Assembly (NCBI RefSeq): GCF_006345805.1
Contig: NC_042998.1
Span: 158,410,001 to 158,474,000 of the forward strand
Length of the DNA: 64,000 nucleotides
Origin: Octopus sinensis
Taxonomy: Eukaryota
Direction of reading: 5' to 3'
Under the pieces are notes generated by a model that saw only the letters and a list, made by a program, of their open reading frames with translations, was not told the origin of the DNA and searched no databases. Shown here in pieces: positions 42,010 through 55,199 of this stretch (the stretch's first letter is position 1; each line of letters begins with the position of its first letter). Position numbers and translations under genes: made by a program.

Positions 42010-42435
42010 TAATTTTCCAATTTTGGTACAAGGCCAGTAATTTCGGGGGAGTGGATAAGTCGATTACATATATCCCAGAGTTCAACTGGTAATTATTTTA
42101 TCAACTTCGAAAGAATGAAAGGCAAACTCGACCTCGGCTGAATGTGAATTCAGGACGTAAAGACGAGCGAAATGCTGCTAAGCATTTTGCCTGGAGTGCT
42201 AACGATTCTGCCAGCTATCCGCTTTAATGATGATGTTAGCATTGATTAAAAATTTTGGCACACGACCAACAATTTTGGTACAGGGCTAGGTCGATTACAT
42301 TGACCCAACTATTCAACTGGTACCTATTCTATCGACCTCAAAACGATGACAGGCAAAGTTAGCCTCGACGGAATTTTAACTCAGAACGTAACGAATGAAA
42401 TGTAGCTAAGCATTTTGCCCGGTGTGCTAAATTTA
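42010..42435 (-). mobile_element. Two tandem SINE family B relics
   Basis: Two successive blocks of ...ttatcaacttcgaaagaatgaaaggcaaactcgacctcgg...gctaagcattttgcc. Confidence 0.7.
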
Positions 42436-42499
42436 GCGAACAGGACAGGTACGGAAGCAATACCATGTTGTTTATGGTGAGAAACTCACGAGTGAGGCG

Positions 42500-43049
42500 A
42501 GCTCAGTGTCAGGGTGCATTGTCGTTGTGATAAATCTAATTCTTCGTGCTCCACAGATTCAGTCGCTTCAAAGCGTTGTTGATTGTCCTCCGACCATCCT
42601 CATGTACAGGCTGATAAATTTCCTCCACATTTCTGGGCGTAAAGTTCGTAACAGGACTTCCAGATGGTTCAGCGTCTTTCAAGGATGTTCTTCCGTTTTT
42701 GAGGCGCCCACGCCACTCGAAACATCGCATTCGATCCACTGTCTCTTCGCCGTAAGCGTGTCGAAGCATGCTCAATGTCTTTATAGCAGACTCCCCAAGA
42801 TTAACGCAAAATTTCACGTTGTTTTTTTTGTTCCAACTTCCTGTCCATGACAATATCGCATACTACTGTATGTATATGTGATCTCCAAAACTCTTGAGTT
42901 TGGGGGATTTTGTGAAGTAAACACAACAATGTCACTCAGCACACTGCCTCATGAAGGTCACTACCAGCTCTCACAACGCACACAACCATGTGATACCAAC
43001 TGTTGCCGAGCTACAGAGCCAATCAAACAACTTTTTGACACCACCTCGT
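42500..43049 (-). mobile_element. Mariner transposon 5' relic (HTH region)
   Basis: ORF 42536-42853: VKFCVNLGESAIKTLSMLRHAYGEETVDRMRCFEWRGRLKNGRTSLKDAEPSGSP...VHEDGRRTI, typical of a mariner transposase N-terminus; TIR-like CGAGGTGGTGTCAAAAAGTT at ~43029-43048. Confidence 0.85.
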
Positions 43050-43386
43050 CTTTTCTGACTATCTTTCCCTCACATGCTCCTTGTTTTGTTCACGTTTCTC
43101 CTTTCATTTCCTTTGATATTTACATATCTTTGTACTTTTTTTTCAGTCTCTATTACCTACTTCTATAATATCTATAAGCTTTCTTCATTAAGATCATTAA
43201 CTTTTTCCACACATATCAATGTTTACGTGTTCACTCGTGTTTATATATAAAGTATATATATAAAGTAAAATTCTGGAATGATTTACTTTCAGTATCTGCA
43301 TGTATGTATGTGTGTGCTAATGTGTGTGTGTTTGCGTGTGCGTGCCCGAGTGCGTATGTGCGTATGAATGTATATATATGAGTGTG

Positions 43387-43430
<44 letters not shown>

Positions 43431-43475
43431 CATATACATATGTATGTACACATAAACATATATACACCCATAGTT

Positions 43476-43558
<83 letters not shown>

Positions 43559-43979
43559 TAGATAGATAGATTTTTCCAATCATGGCTGCCCGAATTCAAT
43601 CGTAACTCGTAGCGTTATGGTAAGGAGATATTTTGTCTTTGCCTCGGGTTGATTCATGTGTTGAGGGTTAAATTGTGTAGATAGAAACTATAGGAAAGCC
43701 CAATTCCAAAGATTCCACGGGTAATACAAAAGGTCACTCGTGCCGCACACTGCGACACAATGATTCTGTTTCAGGATTACATCGAAGTCGCAATCCTCAA
43801 ATGTAACAACTCATTGAGTTGGCAGAAGTTCAGATGATCATGCAACCGGAATGTCCATCATGGAAACCGTCGGAAGAACTATTTATTATATTTCTTTTTC
43901 ACATATGTATGTACATGCATATATAAGTCAATGCACGCATGTCATTGATTGTGTGAGCCTTTCTGTTTGCTTGTTTGTA

Positions 43980-44026
<47 letters not shown>

Positions 44027-45924
44027 ATATACACATACATATACATATGTATGTGTGGAAGTATTTGTATATATAAGTGTACATAGGTACGAATATATGA
44101 CATGAATACGTAAATGCAAACGTCAGACCTCTGACCAACAAAACTATAGGCTATGTAACATCACACTATGCCAGGACACACCACACCAGCACACATCCGA
44201 TTCTCTAATATGTCAACAACATCACTAACATCACCCCCGTCGTCATCGACTCCACGATGAGCGACACTACCATCAATTCTATCCCCACAACTGTCGCTAT
44301 TCTTCTTTATTCTCCGCCACCATCTCAAACATCACCATGTTTCCTCCACCGTCTCCGACACCGCATAAGCATCTGTATTACTATCACGCCCACCATCCCC
44401 AACACCTCCACAAACACTACTACCATTTCAACCCGTACCACCTTACCTACTGCCTCTGACACTACCTCCAACGCCCTTACTATCACCAACACACCTACCA
44501 CAAGTACCCCCATCCCCACCATCAACGCCGCCGCCACTGCCGCCGCTGCCGTTGCTGCCATCAATGCCACCACCACCACCACAACCAACCACATCAAAAT
44601 CAACATCAAGAACAACGGCATCAATATTAGTCTCAGTCAGTCGTCAGTGAAATGTCAGCTGACACTGCAGTCGTGAATATTTGATGGACATCCAATTAAA
44701 GATGGCGCTCTCTGCGGCGTTCTAAAGCGAACAGGCAGGTGAAGATGGACACGAAATATCAGGCAACAACCAACCGACGACGTTCCAATCAGCCATGAAG
44801 TTGAGGGTCGACACTCATTTTAGCACTATCGCAGCTAAAACAACAACTTCCAATGCCTAAATGCTGGCGATGACGTCTGTATATTTATCACACAAAATCA
44901 CAGACACATAGAATCACAGAATCACAGACACATATAGAATCAGAGATGCACACACGTACACGCGCTTTAACACGTACACATGAAATCACACAGGTGCTCA
45001 TACATACTGAATAACCAATTTCCTTTACGACATTTCCCCTGAGCTTGTTATATATAACTGTCTGCTTGTCTATCTGTCTATGTGTATGCAAGTATACATG
45101 TATGTATGTATGTATGTATGTATGTATGTATGTATGTATGTATGTATGTATGTATGTATGTATGTTTGTATGTATGTATATATAGATATGGATATACATA
45201 TTTGCATATACACACACACACATATATATGTATATAATTACATACATATCTACGTACATGCATACGGGCATGTATACATAGATACACACACTTGCCTAAA
45301 TATGTAGAGAGAAACAAATAATAACCAAAAGGGATAAATAATGGAAAATGTGAAAACGTCTATAAAGAATGACAATACAAAGAAGGAGAATATGAGAGAG
45401 AGAAAGAGGGTAATGAAAAGAAACTTCCGGTGAAAAGAAAGAAAAGAAAAGAAAATTTCAAACTAAAAGCAGTCGCTATACAAGTGAAACATCTAATAAA
45501 AAGAACCGACAGAAAGATCATCAAACTCTAATATAATGATGAACAATTAAATATACATATAGATGGCTATTCAGAAGTATTTCCCGTGTAAAACAAATGC
45601 ATAGTTAATCTATAGTTTATTTGCTAATCAATAGAAATGCCAAGGCTAGCAGCAATACCGCGATGAAACCTGGACGCAGAGATATAAAAAAGTATTAATG
45701 AATGTATCTGGGTGATAATTGTGTAAGTAGCTGCAGATCTGATTGTTCGTTGTTTTATTTTTATTATATCATCTTATATTTCGACTTTTGTACGTTTCAA
45801 ATATATGACTATCGGTTTTCTTAACCATTGAGAGTAAAAAAAAAAAACTCATGTAGTAAAGTACAAAACTAAATATAGTTTTCAAAAATAGTTTACAAAA
45901 TTTATGAAGTTTAGTTTATAGGCA

Positions 45925-46291
45925 CAAACGTGGCTGCGTGGTAAGAAGTTTACTTCCAAACCACATGGTTCCGGGTTCAGTCTCATTGCGTCACCATTGT
46001 CCAGTGTCTACTACTATATTGTCAGGCCGACCAAAGACGTGAGTGGATTTGCTGGACGGAAATTGAAAGAAGCCCGCCGAGTTATGTATGTATGTATGTA
46101 TGTATGTATGTATGTATGTATGTATGTATGTATGTATGTATGTATGTATGTATGTATGTATGTATGTATGTATGTATGTATGTATGTATGTATGTATGTA
46201 TGTATGTATGTATGTATGTATGTATGTATGTATGTTGTATGTATGTATGTGTGTGTGTGTGTGTGTGTGTGTTGTGTGTGTGTGTGTGTGT

Positions 46292-46330
<39 letters not shown>

Positions 46331-46356
46331 TGTGTGGTGTGTGTGTGTGTGTGTGT

Positions 46357-46387
<31 letters not shown>

Positions 46388-46880
46388 TAGACAGACAGAC
46401 AGAGACAGAGATCATGTATTCGTGTTTGCCCATATCACCGCTTGACAACTGATGTTGGTTTGTATAAATAACAAATAAATGCGCCCTTTTAAAGCCTAGT
46501 CAGGCTCATGGGCCCGGTTTCCCGGTTTCAATGGCGTATGTGTTCCCCAGCTGGACGGGACGCCAGTCCATCGCCGCGTTACTCATTTTTGTCACCTGAG
46601 TGGACTGGAGCAACGTGTAATGAAGTGTTTTGCTCAAGAACACAACGCGTCGCCCGGTCCAGGAATCGAAACCACAGTCTTACGATCATGATGCTGACAC
46701 CCTAACCACTAAGCCACGCGCCTCCACGTTGGTTTATATACGTTCCTGTTGCGGCGAAAGAGACCGGTGGAATAAGTACCAGTCTTTATGAATCTAAGTG
46801 CTGGACTAGGATTTGTTGGGCGACACCCTTCAAGCTCGTTCCCTAGCATGGCCGAAGTACAATGACTGAAACAAATAAAA
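45925..46880 (+). mobile_element. SINE family A copy with expanded (TATG)n/(TG)n core, interrupted by a family D SINE
   Basis: Head gtggctgcgtggtaagaag at ~45930, tail agcatggccgaagtacaatgactgaaacaaataaaag at ~46845-46880. Confidence 0.75.
46467..46727 (-). mobile_element. tRNA-headed SINE family D, full length, with 13-bp TSD
   Basis: Minus strand ggaggcgcgtggcttagtggttagggtg...ggtttcgattcctgg...gatggactggcgtcccgtccag...; flanked by gttggtttgtata (46454-46466) and gttggtttatata (46728-46740). Confidence 0.85.
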
Positions 46881-47025
46881 GATTGACTTTCTAAAACAAC
46901 TTTAGTTTGTAAGAAGTAAGGGACAGGTGAGACCTAATGGTTCGGCTTTGGCCTTTATTCTCTTTGAAGAGAATGAGTGTTCTATTATAAAGAACAACGA
47001 AGTGATTACAGGTGAGTAACGTATA

Positions 47026-47244
47026 TAGTAATCCCTCGCCATATCGCGATTCACCTATCGCGGTTTATTATTTATGCCTACGTCGATCCCTCCGTGGTGT
47101 TGTTTTGCATTTATAATAAAATAAATATATACAAATCATAAAAGTAATAAAAGAAATATATGCAGTACCGTTTCTACTTCGCAGATTTTCACCTATCGCG
47201 TGGAGTTTTGAAACGTAACACCCGCGATAGTCGAGGGATTACTG
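47026..47244. mobile_element. pogo/Tigger-like MITE
   Basis: TA|TAGTAATCCCTCG...CGAGGGATTACTG, same family as 33504-33583. Confidence 0.75.
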
Positions 47245-47313
47245 CATACATAGTGTAATGTTTCAGCAGGTCGTTAGAATTTCGACGTGCCGATTGTACT
47301 ATAGATAGCACGT

Positions 47314-47680
47314 CGTGGTACTCCGTCGGTTACGACGGCGAGGGTTCCAGTTGATCCGATCAACGAAACGGCTTGCTCATGAAATTAACGTGCTGAACAC
47401 TCCACAGATACGTGTACACTTAACGTAGTTCTCGGGGAGATTCAGCGTAACACAAAGTGTAACAAGGCTGGCCCTTTGAAATAAAGGTACAACAGAAACA
47501 GGTAGAAAGAGTGAGAGGAAGTTGCGGTGAAAGAGTACAGCAGGGTTCGCCACCTCCTGCTGGAAACTCGTAGAATTTTAGGTGTTTTTGCCCAGTAAAC
47601 ACTCACAACGCTCGGTCTGGGAATCGAAACCGTGATCCTACGACCGCGAGTCCTCTGCCCTAACGACTAGGTCATTTCGC
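47314..47680 (-). mobile_element. tRNA-headed SINE family C copy
   Basis: Reverse complement of 58914-59299; fragments also at 2520-2625 and 37025-37145. Confidence 0.8.
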
Positions 47681-48242
47681 ATTCACATAGGTAGCCACTA
47701 GAATAGACTGCACATAGTTCTGTGCAGTGAGGGGTTTTACTATTGCGATGAACACTTTCGAAAACTTCCTTTTGTGAGCTCGAATCGTGCAATGGTGAAA
47801 AATAACTGTGAAAAAATGCGTACTTATTCCTGGTTGGTAGACATCGCTTAATCACATAATCACATAAGGCAATGATAGGTATGGGGAGTTCCATCATACC
47901 TCGCTGACTTACAGGACACTTTCTTAGATGTTGTCGTCGTACAAAAGTATCTCTTGTCAAGGTCTTAGCTAAACTAAGTCCAATCAATAGTAAATGCGTC
48001 TCGTTTTATTTCAATTTAAAACCTGAAACATTAACACGCTGCATTCTTTTTCATCAACAATATTTGATCTCGACACAACTATGGAAACTTTTGCTAAATT
48101 TCATTTATTTTGCCAATGCACGGCTCAGACTTACTTCTCTTCGTTTTTTTTTTCTCAAATAGTTCAAGTTAGTCAGTAATATATTGTCTTAAAGCGGCGA
48201 ACTGGCAGGATCGTTAACACTCCGGGCAAAATGCTTAACAGC

Positions 48243-48340
<98 letters not shown>

Positions 48341-48341
<1 letters not shown>

Positions 48342-50930
48342 AATCCTTAAATCCTTAAAAATGTTTTAGCCCGAAGGCCGCGGCCATGCTGGGGCACCAC
48401 CGCTGAATGAGCTACACTAATATGTGAATCCACCTCCGATACGTGGCACTTGATCAACAAGGGAGTTCGATGCTGCTGCCCGCATCTGCGTCTCCTGTCG
48501 TGAGGTAGGTTCATCTGGGACTCCCCACAAGAAGAGATCCAGTTTAGTTTTAAAGAAACCCACATCCACACCATGTAAGTCTCTCAGGCATTTAGGGAGG
48601 ATGTTAAAGGGCTGTGGTCCTCTGAAACCCAAGCTGTTGCAGTATCTGGACCTGTATTTTGATGGTGATGTTGGAATCTTTGGCACCATGCAGTGGCGCC
48701 CCGTTCTGCGGTTGGGGTAACTTTGAATGGCAAAGTTTGGGACAAGACCCTCCAGGATTTTCCAGATGTATATCACCGCATATCTCTCCCGCAACCGCTC
48801 TAGGGAGAAGAGGTTTAATACTTTCAGTCTTTCCCAGTAGCTGATATTTTGCATTGAGACGATTTTCTTTGTGTAGCTTCTCTGAATTGCTTCGAGTTCT
48901 GCTGTTAGTTTTATATTGTGTGGTGACCATAGTTGGGAGCAGTAGTCCAAGCGGCTGAGGACGAATGTTTTCCATAGGACCATGTGACTCCTTCTCTCTT
49001 GTTCTGAAAGTTCGGAGAATCCATCCAGCTAGCCGTCTGCATCTTATCACCAGATTAGTAATATGAACTTGGAAAGATGCATCATTGCTCATGTCAATGA
49101 CCAAGTCACGCACTGATTTTGACTCAGGGATTGCAATTCTTCCTGGGCCAGTGTATCCAGTCTGCACGTCGTTTACCTTTGTGTGCCGGTAGCGCAGGGC
49201 CTGGAACTTACCTGCATTAAACTGCATGTTGTTGTCCTCAGCCCACCTGTATATTGTGTCCAACTCCTGTTGCAGATGCGCAATATTTTCAGGGTTTTGT
49301 ATTGTTTGGGAGACTTGTGTGTCATCTGCATAGCTAGCAAGGGTGGCCATCGTAGCAACTGAAGGCATGTCTGAAAGGGCTACTATGAACAGCAGTGGCC
49401 CCAAGACAGTGCCCTGTGGGACACCGCTTGTTATTTGTGTTTCCTTGGAGGTGGCTCCATTGCTCACAACTGCCTGTCTTCTGTCTTTTAGGAAGTTGTG
49501 CAGCCACTCTCCAAGTTTTCCGCCTATGCCGAGACCACGCAGTTTCTGACAGATCATACTATGGTCGACTTTATCAAAGGCTTTTGCAAAGTCGAGATAT
49601 ATTACATCCACATTTGAGCCATTTAGTAGCTGTTTCAACCCCCAGTCATAGTGTTGCAGGAGCTGTGTTAGGCAGCTTCTACCTGGTCGAAATCCATGCT
49701 GAGTGTCGGACAGCAAGTCATTTACTTTAAGGAACATGATTAGTTTCTTACGGACTATTGGTTCCATGACTTTGCTGATGTGTGAGGTCAGAGAGATAGG
49801 CCTATAATTTTTAGCATCTGCTCTGCAACCTCCCTTATGGATAGGGCATATTACCCCCTCTTTCAATTTGACTGGGAGCTTACCACTTGCAAGAAAGCTC
49901 TGAAAAAGAAGCTGTAGCGGTTTTGCAAGGGCTCGTTTGCACGATTTGAGAAGGCTCGCTGGAAATCCATCAGATCCAGCAGCTGAGTTTGTGTCAATCT
50001 CATCTATGGCTAGTGTGATATCATCATATTTCGATGTTGATGTACTCAATTTTTGCCTCTTTGGCCGCAGGTAAAGTGGCAAAGAATTCTTCTGGGTTGT
50101 TTACTTGCCTGTGTCCTAGAGGTGTAGTGAACACACTTTGGAATTGTTCGTTCAGTATTTCACTTATCCTCGTGGGATTTCCTGTGAGAGAGCCATCTTT
50201 TTGGAAGAGAGGTCCTATTCTCTGGTGCACTGTGGCTGTCTATTTGGCAAACTTAAAGAAAGCTTTAGGGTTTGATTTTATATTTTCTATTACCCAAGCT
50301 TCTTTATCTGCTCTCTCCTTTTCATGGGACTGATGCAGACTTTTCTCAATTTCCATTACCATTCTCTCGAGCCGAGACTTCTCACCACTTTTGGTGTGCT
50401 TGCTCAGGCGGTTCGCAATCCTTGTCCGTCGTCTCATAAGAATCTTCCTTTCTCTAGGGATCCTTTTTTTGTTTTTGTGTGTGCTGGCCCTGCACACTGG
50501 GACATATTTGTCACATATGGCTTGTATTATGGACATGAAGTGTTTGTGTTTCATGTTAATGTCCGGTGTGGAGAGACATTTAGGTCAATCCTGTTTGAGG
50601 ATCTCTTTCTCAATCAACTTCCAGTTTGCTTTATGAAAGTTTAAGTTGGAGAGATGATGGACGCTTCGTATAGGCTGTGTGTCTACGGGGGCTTTTGGTC
50701 CATACATAGACAGCTCTATTATGTTGTTATCCGAGATCATTGTCGGCATCACATTAACATTATGGATAATATCCGTATTGTTTGTGAAGCAGAGATCCAG
50801 TATATTATCTGCCCTTGTTGGTTGCAGAACTATTTGCTCTATGAAAAAGGCATTTGTGAAATGGAGCAGGGACTCTGCCTGTGCCTGCTGATGGTGTGTC
50901 ATCCCTGAGAGCATCTGCCCCCCAGGCCAT
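48341..50930 (-). mobile_element. 5'-truncated CR1-type LINE (end of APE domain, RT, C-terminus, 3' UTR), pseudogenised
   Basis: PTRADNILDLCFTN...SDNNIIE (APE end); NYRPISLTS, QHGFRPGRSC, YLDFAKAFDKV, GVPQGTVLGPLLF, YADD (RT); LDYCSQLWSP...SYWERLKVLNLFSLERLRER (CR1-like C-terminus); 2 in-frame stops (~50585, ~50240), 2 frameshifts (~50035, ~48985); TTTAAGGA tail repeat. Confidence 0.92.
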
Positions 50931-51064
50931 ATATTTATATATTTATTTATATTTATATGCCAAAGTAAGCACATAAATATGAAACAAGGTGGGGGAAAAT
51001 AGTGCTCGAATACCGAAGGTAGAGTAATATACATACAAACTTTATTTTGTTACAATCCCAATCT

Positions 51065-51106
51065 AACTGTTCGACGATTGGGAACGTGAAACTTTGTGTA
51101 GCAGTT
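51065..51106 (+). ncRNA. Degenerate hammerhead-like motif
   Basis: AACTGT-TCGACGA-ttg ggaa cgt-GAAAC tttgt GTA-GCAGTT: 6-bp stem I, damaged core and stem II. Confidence 0.35.
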
Positions 51107-51153
51107 TTTTTGTGATATGCTCATAATGCTTTTGCAACTTTAATAATAATGAA

Positions 51154-51190
<37 letters not shown>

Positions 51191-51347
51191 TGGTATGCAT
51201 GATATACCTCAGAGGGGAACTCTCTAGCTGCAATCCTCCTGACCGAAGGGGCCTTTTTATAAACATATATCTATGTACGTGTGCATGTATGCATATATAT
51301 ATATGTATGCACATATATATGTATGCACATATATATATATATATAAT

Positions 51348-51391
<44 letters not shown>

Positions 51392-51723
51392 CATACATAC
51401 ACACTTACATAGATATATGGGATTGCAGCTAGAGAGTTCCCCTCTGAGGCATACCATGCATACCAGTCTCCTCTCTCCCCGCCATTGATGGGAAAGGCAA
51501 TGGTCGATGCCATTTGACACCAGTAATGTCGCAACTCATTTCCACAGCTAAGTGAACCAAAGCAATGTGAAATGAAGTTTCTTGTTAAAGAGCTGGGAAT
51601 CGAACTCACAACCTCATGACCTCATGTTGTAAGCCTGACACTTTGACTAGTGAGCCTTGCATCCTCACATACATGCATACATACATACATACATACATAC
51701 ATACATACATACATAACCAGAAA

Positions 51724-51847
51724 TGTCTCTGACGAAAGTAGCATTAATTATTTAAGTCGTTCAATTCCTCTCAATTGATCAATAGACTAATTGAGTAAAC
51801 CTATCACTAACGTACCTATAATGACTACTAGAAACAGCTGTAAGCCA
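51724..51847 (+). ncRNA. Type I hammerhead-like motif with extended stem II
   Basis: TGTCT-CTGACGA-A-AGTAG CATTA...TAATG a CTACT-A-GAAAC AGCT GTA-AGCCA. Confidence 0.55.
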
Positions 51848-52578
51848 AATTTACTCTCATGACTTATTTATACCTCGTCTTACGCACAGTCACACACACA
51901 CTCACCCCCCACACGCACACATATTGGAATTTATGCATTTGATGCATTTTTCTGTGTTTTCATACCGTTGTGTGAGTTGTGATATCTGCTATACTATAAT
52001 GAAGAAAGCTGCTTATTAATTAATTATTAATTTTGTAACAATTACAAAAAGTACTAAAAGAAAACAATTATTAACGGGGTGACCGTCTGGAAATATTTTT
52101 ATAAATTCATTTTCTAACAAATTTCCTATAGTTTCGACTTCTGAAGTTTAGTGAATTTTTTTAAACTCCAATTTCTCGCAAATTTGAATATTCATTGCAT
52201 TCACTGCCACCAATTCTTCACGAATTTAAATATTCATTACATTCACTGCAGAGTATTCCAGTATTTCATTTACAAAGTCTCTCACTTTCTCTTTTAAGTT
52301 TTACTTCGCTATTTGGAAAGTCCACAGTTTATTTTATTAATGTATACGTAATGTAAAAACATTATTTATTGAATAAAAAGTTTTTTAAATACCCGTATAA
52401 TTTTTGAATGTGGGATAGCTGTGAGAAGAGCCTAGAAAGATGAGTAATTACTATTAGAAGACGAGGAGAAAATGTTACCGACAAGTACTCGAAATTTGCA
52501 CCTTATTCACAGTTTCCAACCACTCTGTACCACTAAGCCAATATATACACAAACAAGTTGCACGATCGACTCTCTCTT

Positions 52579-52630
<52 letters not shown>

Positions 52631-53281
52631 CAATACACATTCGCGCACACACATAGATACACGTACACACAAATGAAGGACAATGAATGTGCTTGTGTGT
52701 GTGTGTGTGCGTGTCTGTGTTGTTCACTGACAAAACTTCGTGCTGCATCACTTTTGTGAAGTTTTGTCAGTGAACAAGTAGCGGTTTCAAAGCAGCGAAA
52801 ATATTTTGACGCAAATGAAATTTAAATGTTGAAGTGAAACTAGTACTACTTAACGGTAGTCCCTTAACGGTATTACTTCAATACAGAGGTATTATTTAAA
52901 TAGAGGTACAAAACATTTCAAATGTATGCTATGTGGACCTATAATGACACCCTAACCAACCCTAAAACTAAACCTAACCCTACCCTTCATATCGTTACAT
53001 AGATGCATCAGGACATTTGTATTTAAGTGGTGCCGTGAAACTAACGGTTTTTGTATGTTCTTGAATGGCTTACAAACATCTTTCACGCTATGCAAGTACA
53101 TCTCCGTAATTTTTTTAAATGACTGTGGATAAATGGCAGCAATGGCCTTCTCAGGCTCCCCAATATTTTAATTTCTAAACAGAAACAATCGGAGGAAGGG
53201 AGTGGGGTTGCAAAAGATTCATAATTTCTTTTTTTTTTTATAGCATATAAATGTATTTATGGAGAAAAAATATTCTTCTCT

Positions 53282-53470
53282 ACTCTAGGCACAAGGCCCG
53301 AAATCTTTGGGGAGGGGTTTGTCGATTAGATCGACTCCAGTACGCAACTGGTACTTAATTTATCGACCCCGAAAGGATAAAAGGCAAAGTCGACCTCGGC
53401 GGAATACTGACGAAATACTGCTAAGCAATTCGCCCGGCATGCTTACGTTTCTTCCGGCTCGTCGGCTTAT
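53282..53470 (-). mobile_element. SINE family B, best-preserved copy (others at 29055-29260, 48192-48247, 59975-60150)
   Basis: Minus strand ...gccgaggtcgactttgccttttatcctttcggggtcgataaattaagtaccagttgcgtactggagtcgatc...ggccttgtgcctagagtag. The central block resembles, from memory only, the MetaSINE domain. Confidence 0.8.
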
Positions 53471-54132
53471 AGGGAAAAAACATTGAAAAACATGCGAGAG
53501 TGATAAACGAAGTGGGTTGTCTTCGGATGTGCTAGAAACAACAGCCAAATCGCACTTAATTCACTCACTATTAATATTTTTTAAAAGAAATTACCGAAAA
53601 TGTTCTTTCCATGGTTTTGAAGTGCAAAAAAAGAATTGGCCATAATATTGGGAGGATGAGGAAGGGGTGTAAAAAGAGTTTTCAATGCTCTTTTCATACA
53701 AAGATACTCCCTCCTCAACCCAATCATTTTGAAGGTTGTGGTTAAAAAATGGGGAAAAGCCCTGAAAAAGTTTCCCCCACAAATTTCTTTATAATCGTAA
53801 TCTATACCGTTTGAAGGGACTTCTATAAATTTTCATTAAAAGATACCCATCTTCCTGAAAGTTATAAGGGAAAACATTCAGATCGTGTGAATTTTACGAA
53901 AAATCCTGTCTCCGCTTCCTCGGAAAAATTCTTTCCTATAAATCTCTATATATTCTGAAGCCACAACATCTAAGAGGTATTGTATAAAATTTTGTTAAAA
54001 TGTATCCATTTTTCTGGATGTTATGAGACAACAAAGTTTGGGGCATATACATCTGTAGTAATGCCCTTTTATTTATACGATTTTTTCATTTCATGTTTAT
54101 TTCATTCATTGTTTGCAATGTTCTTTCTCCAC

Positions 54133-54164
<32 letters not shown>

Positions 54165-54639
54165 TACACACTGCAATCTTACAGATGGGCTACTGAATTG
54201 AAATTTCTATGTTGCTTTGAGAGGAGGGTAAAACTTGACAAACTGACTCTTCCTCTGTTGTTGGACTACCCTGATGTTTGTTTCAAAAAGGGAGATTATG
54301 ACTGTGATAAAATAATGAAAGCAATATTTACTAAGCAAGTGAGCACAATTATACAAAGAAATAATTAGACGTAAAATATATGAAATATTAGAATTGGGAA
54401 TCAAATGCAAAAATATTATCGAGTGGCTAGCAGAAAAACACTCGGAGGGCAATCTTTCTACTAGTATGTTTAAATGTTGGTGTTATTTTCTAGATTATAT
54501 ATGTGAACGTAATGCGTTATATCGTAGGTCATACATGAGTAAAATATATGTGTGAATAGTTAGTATGTATTTTCTCTATCGAGCATCGATTATGTGTGTA
54601 GTTTTCTCTTGGTTATTTAACCAGAGGTTCTGAGTTGTC

Positions 54640-55080
54640 CCTCGAGCGGTCACATGTAATATTTGCTGAACATCTTTTTGCCATTTACAGTTGTGGGTTT
54701 TTAATAGTCCACTGGCCAAAGCCAAATTCACCAAGATAATAAATGAGAAAAGCAATGCCATACAGCTCGCTGAATCGAGTATCTACGTCGCTGTACATAT
54801 GCTTCAAATGATGAACATGCACAAACATTTCATTGTCTTGTACTTAGGTGTCAATAGTATCCCCTTTCGGGAACTGCACCAAGTACAACATCTTAGGAAC
54901 AACTTGAGTTTTTCAATGAAAGCAGTCATGGCTTGTTTGAAACATGTAAGAATACAATTTTCACGTGGAAGTCTTTTGTTCAGCAAATCAAGCCTTTGGC
55001 TTGTATTTGAGAAGTAAAATATATCTCACCTGACAGGAGACAATCTGATGCACTATTGGTAAAAGATGCGATACTGTCTC
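54640..55080 (-). mobile_element. hAT transposase relic (SPIN/Charlie/ZBED8-like C-terminal region)
   Basis: Minus-strand DIFYFSNTSQRLDLLNKRLPRENCILTCFKQAMTAFIEKLKLF and HLKHMYSDVDTRFSEL resemble conserved LAYL.D.F..LN.LN..LQ / AF..KL.L / HL..L...F..RF motifs. Confidence 0.55.
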
Positions 55081-55199
55081 AAATACTATAAAACAATGAT
55101 GATAATCACCTTTTAACAGCAATCACAACACCTCTGTATACACTTACAGATATTGAAATATCTCACATATTTAAAGATTGTGAGCATTTCTTCTTTATC

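Noticed and set aside
44257-44676. Thr/Pro-rich ORF
   Set aside because: Degenerate (ACC/CAT)n low-complexity tract.
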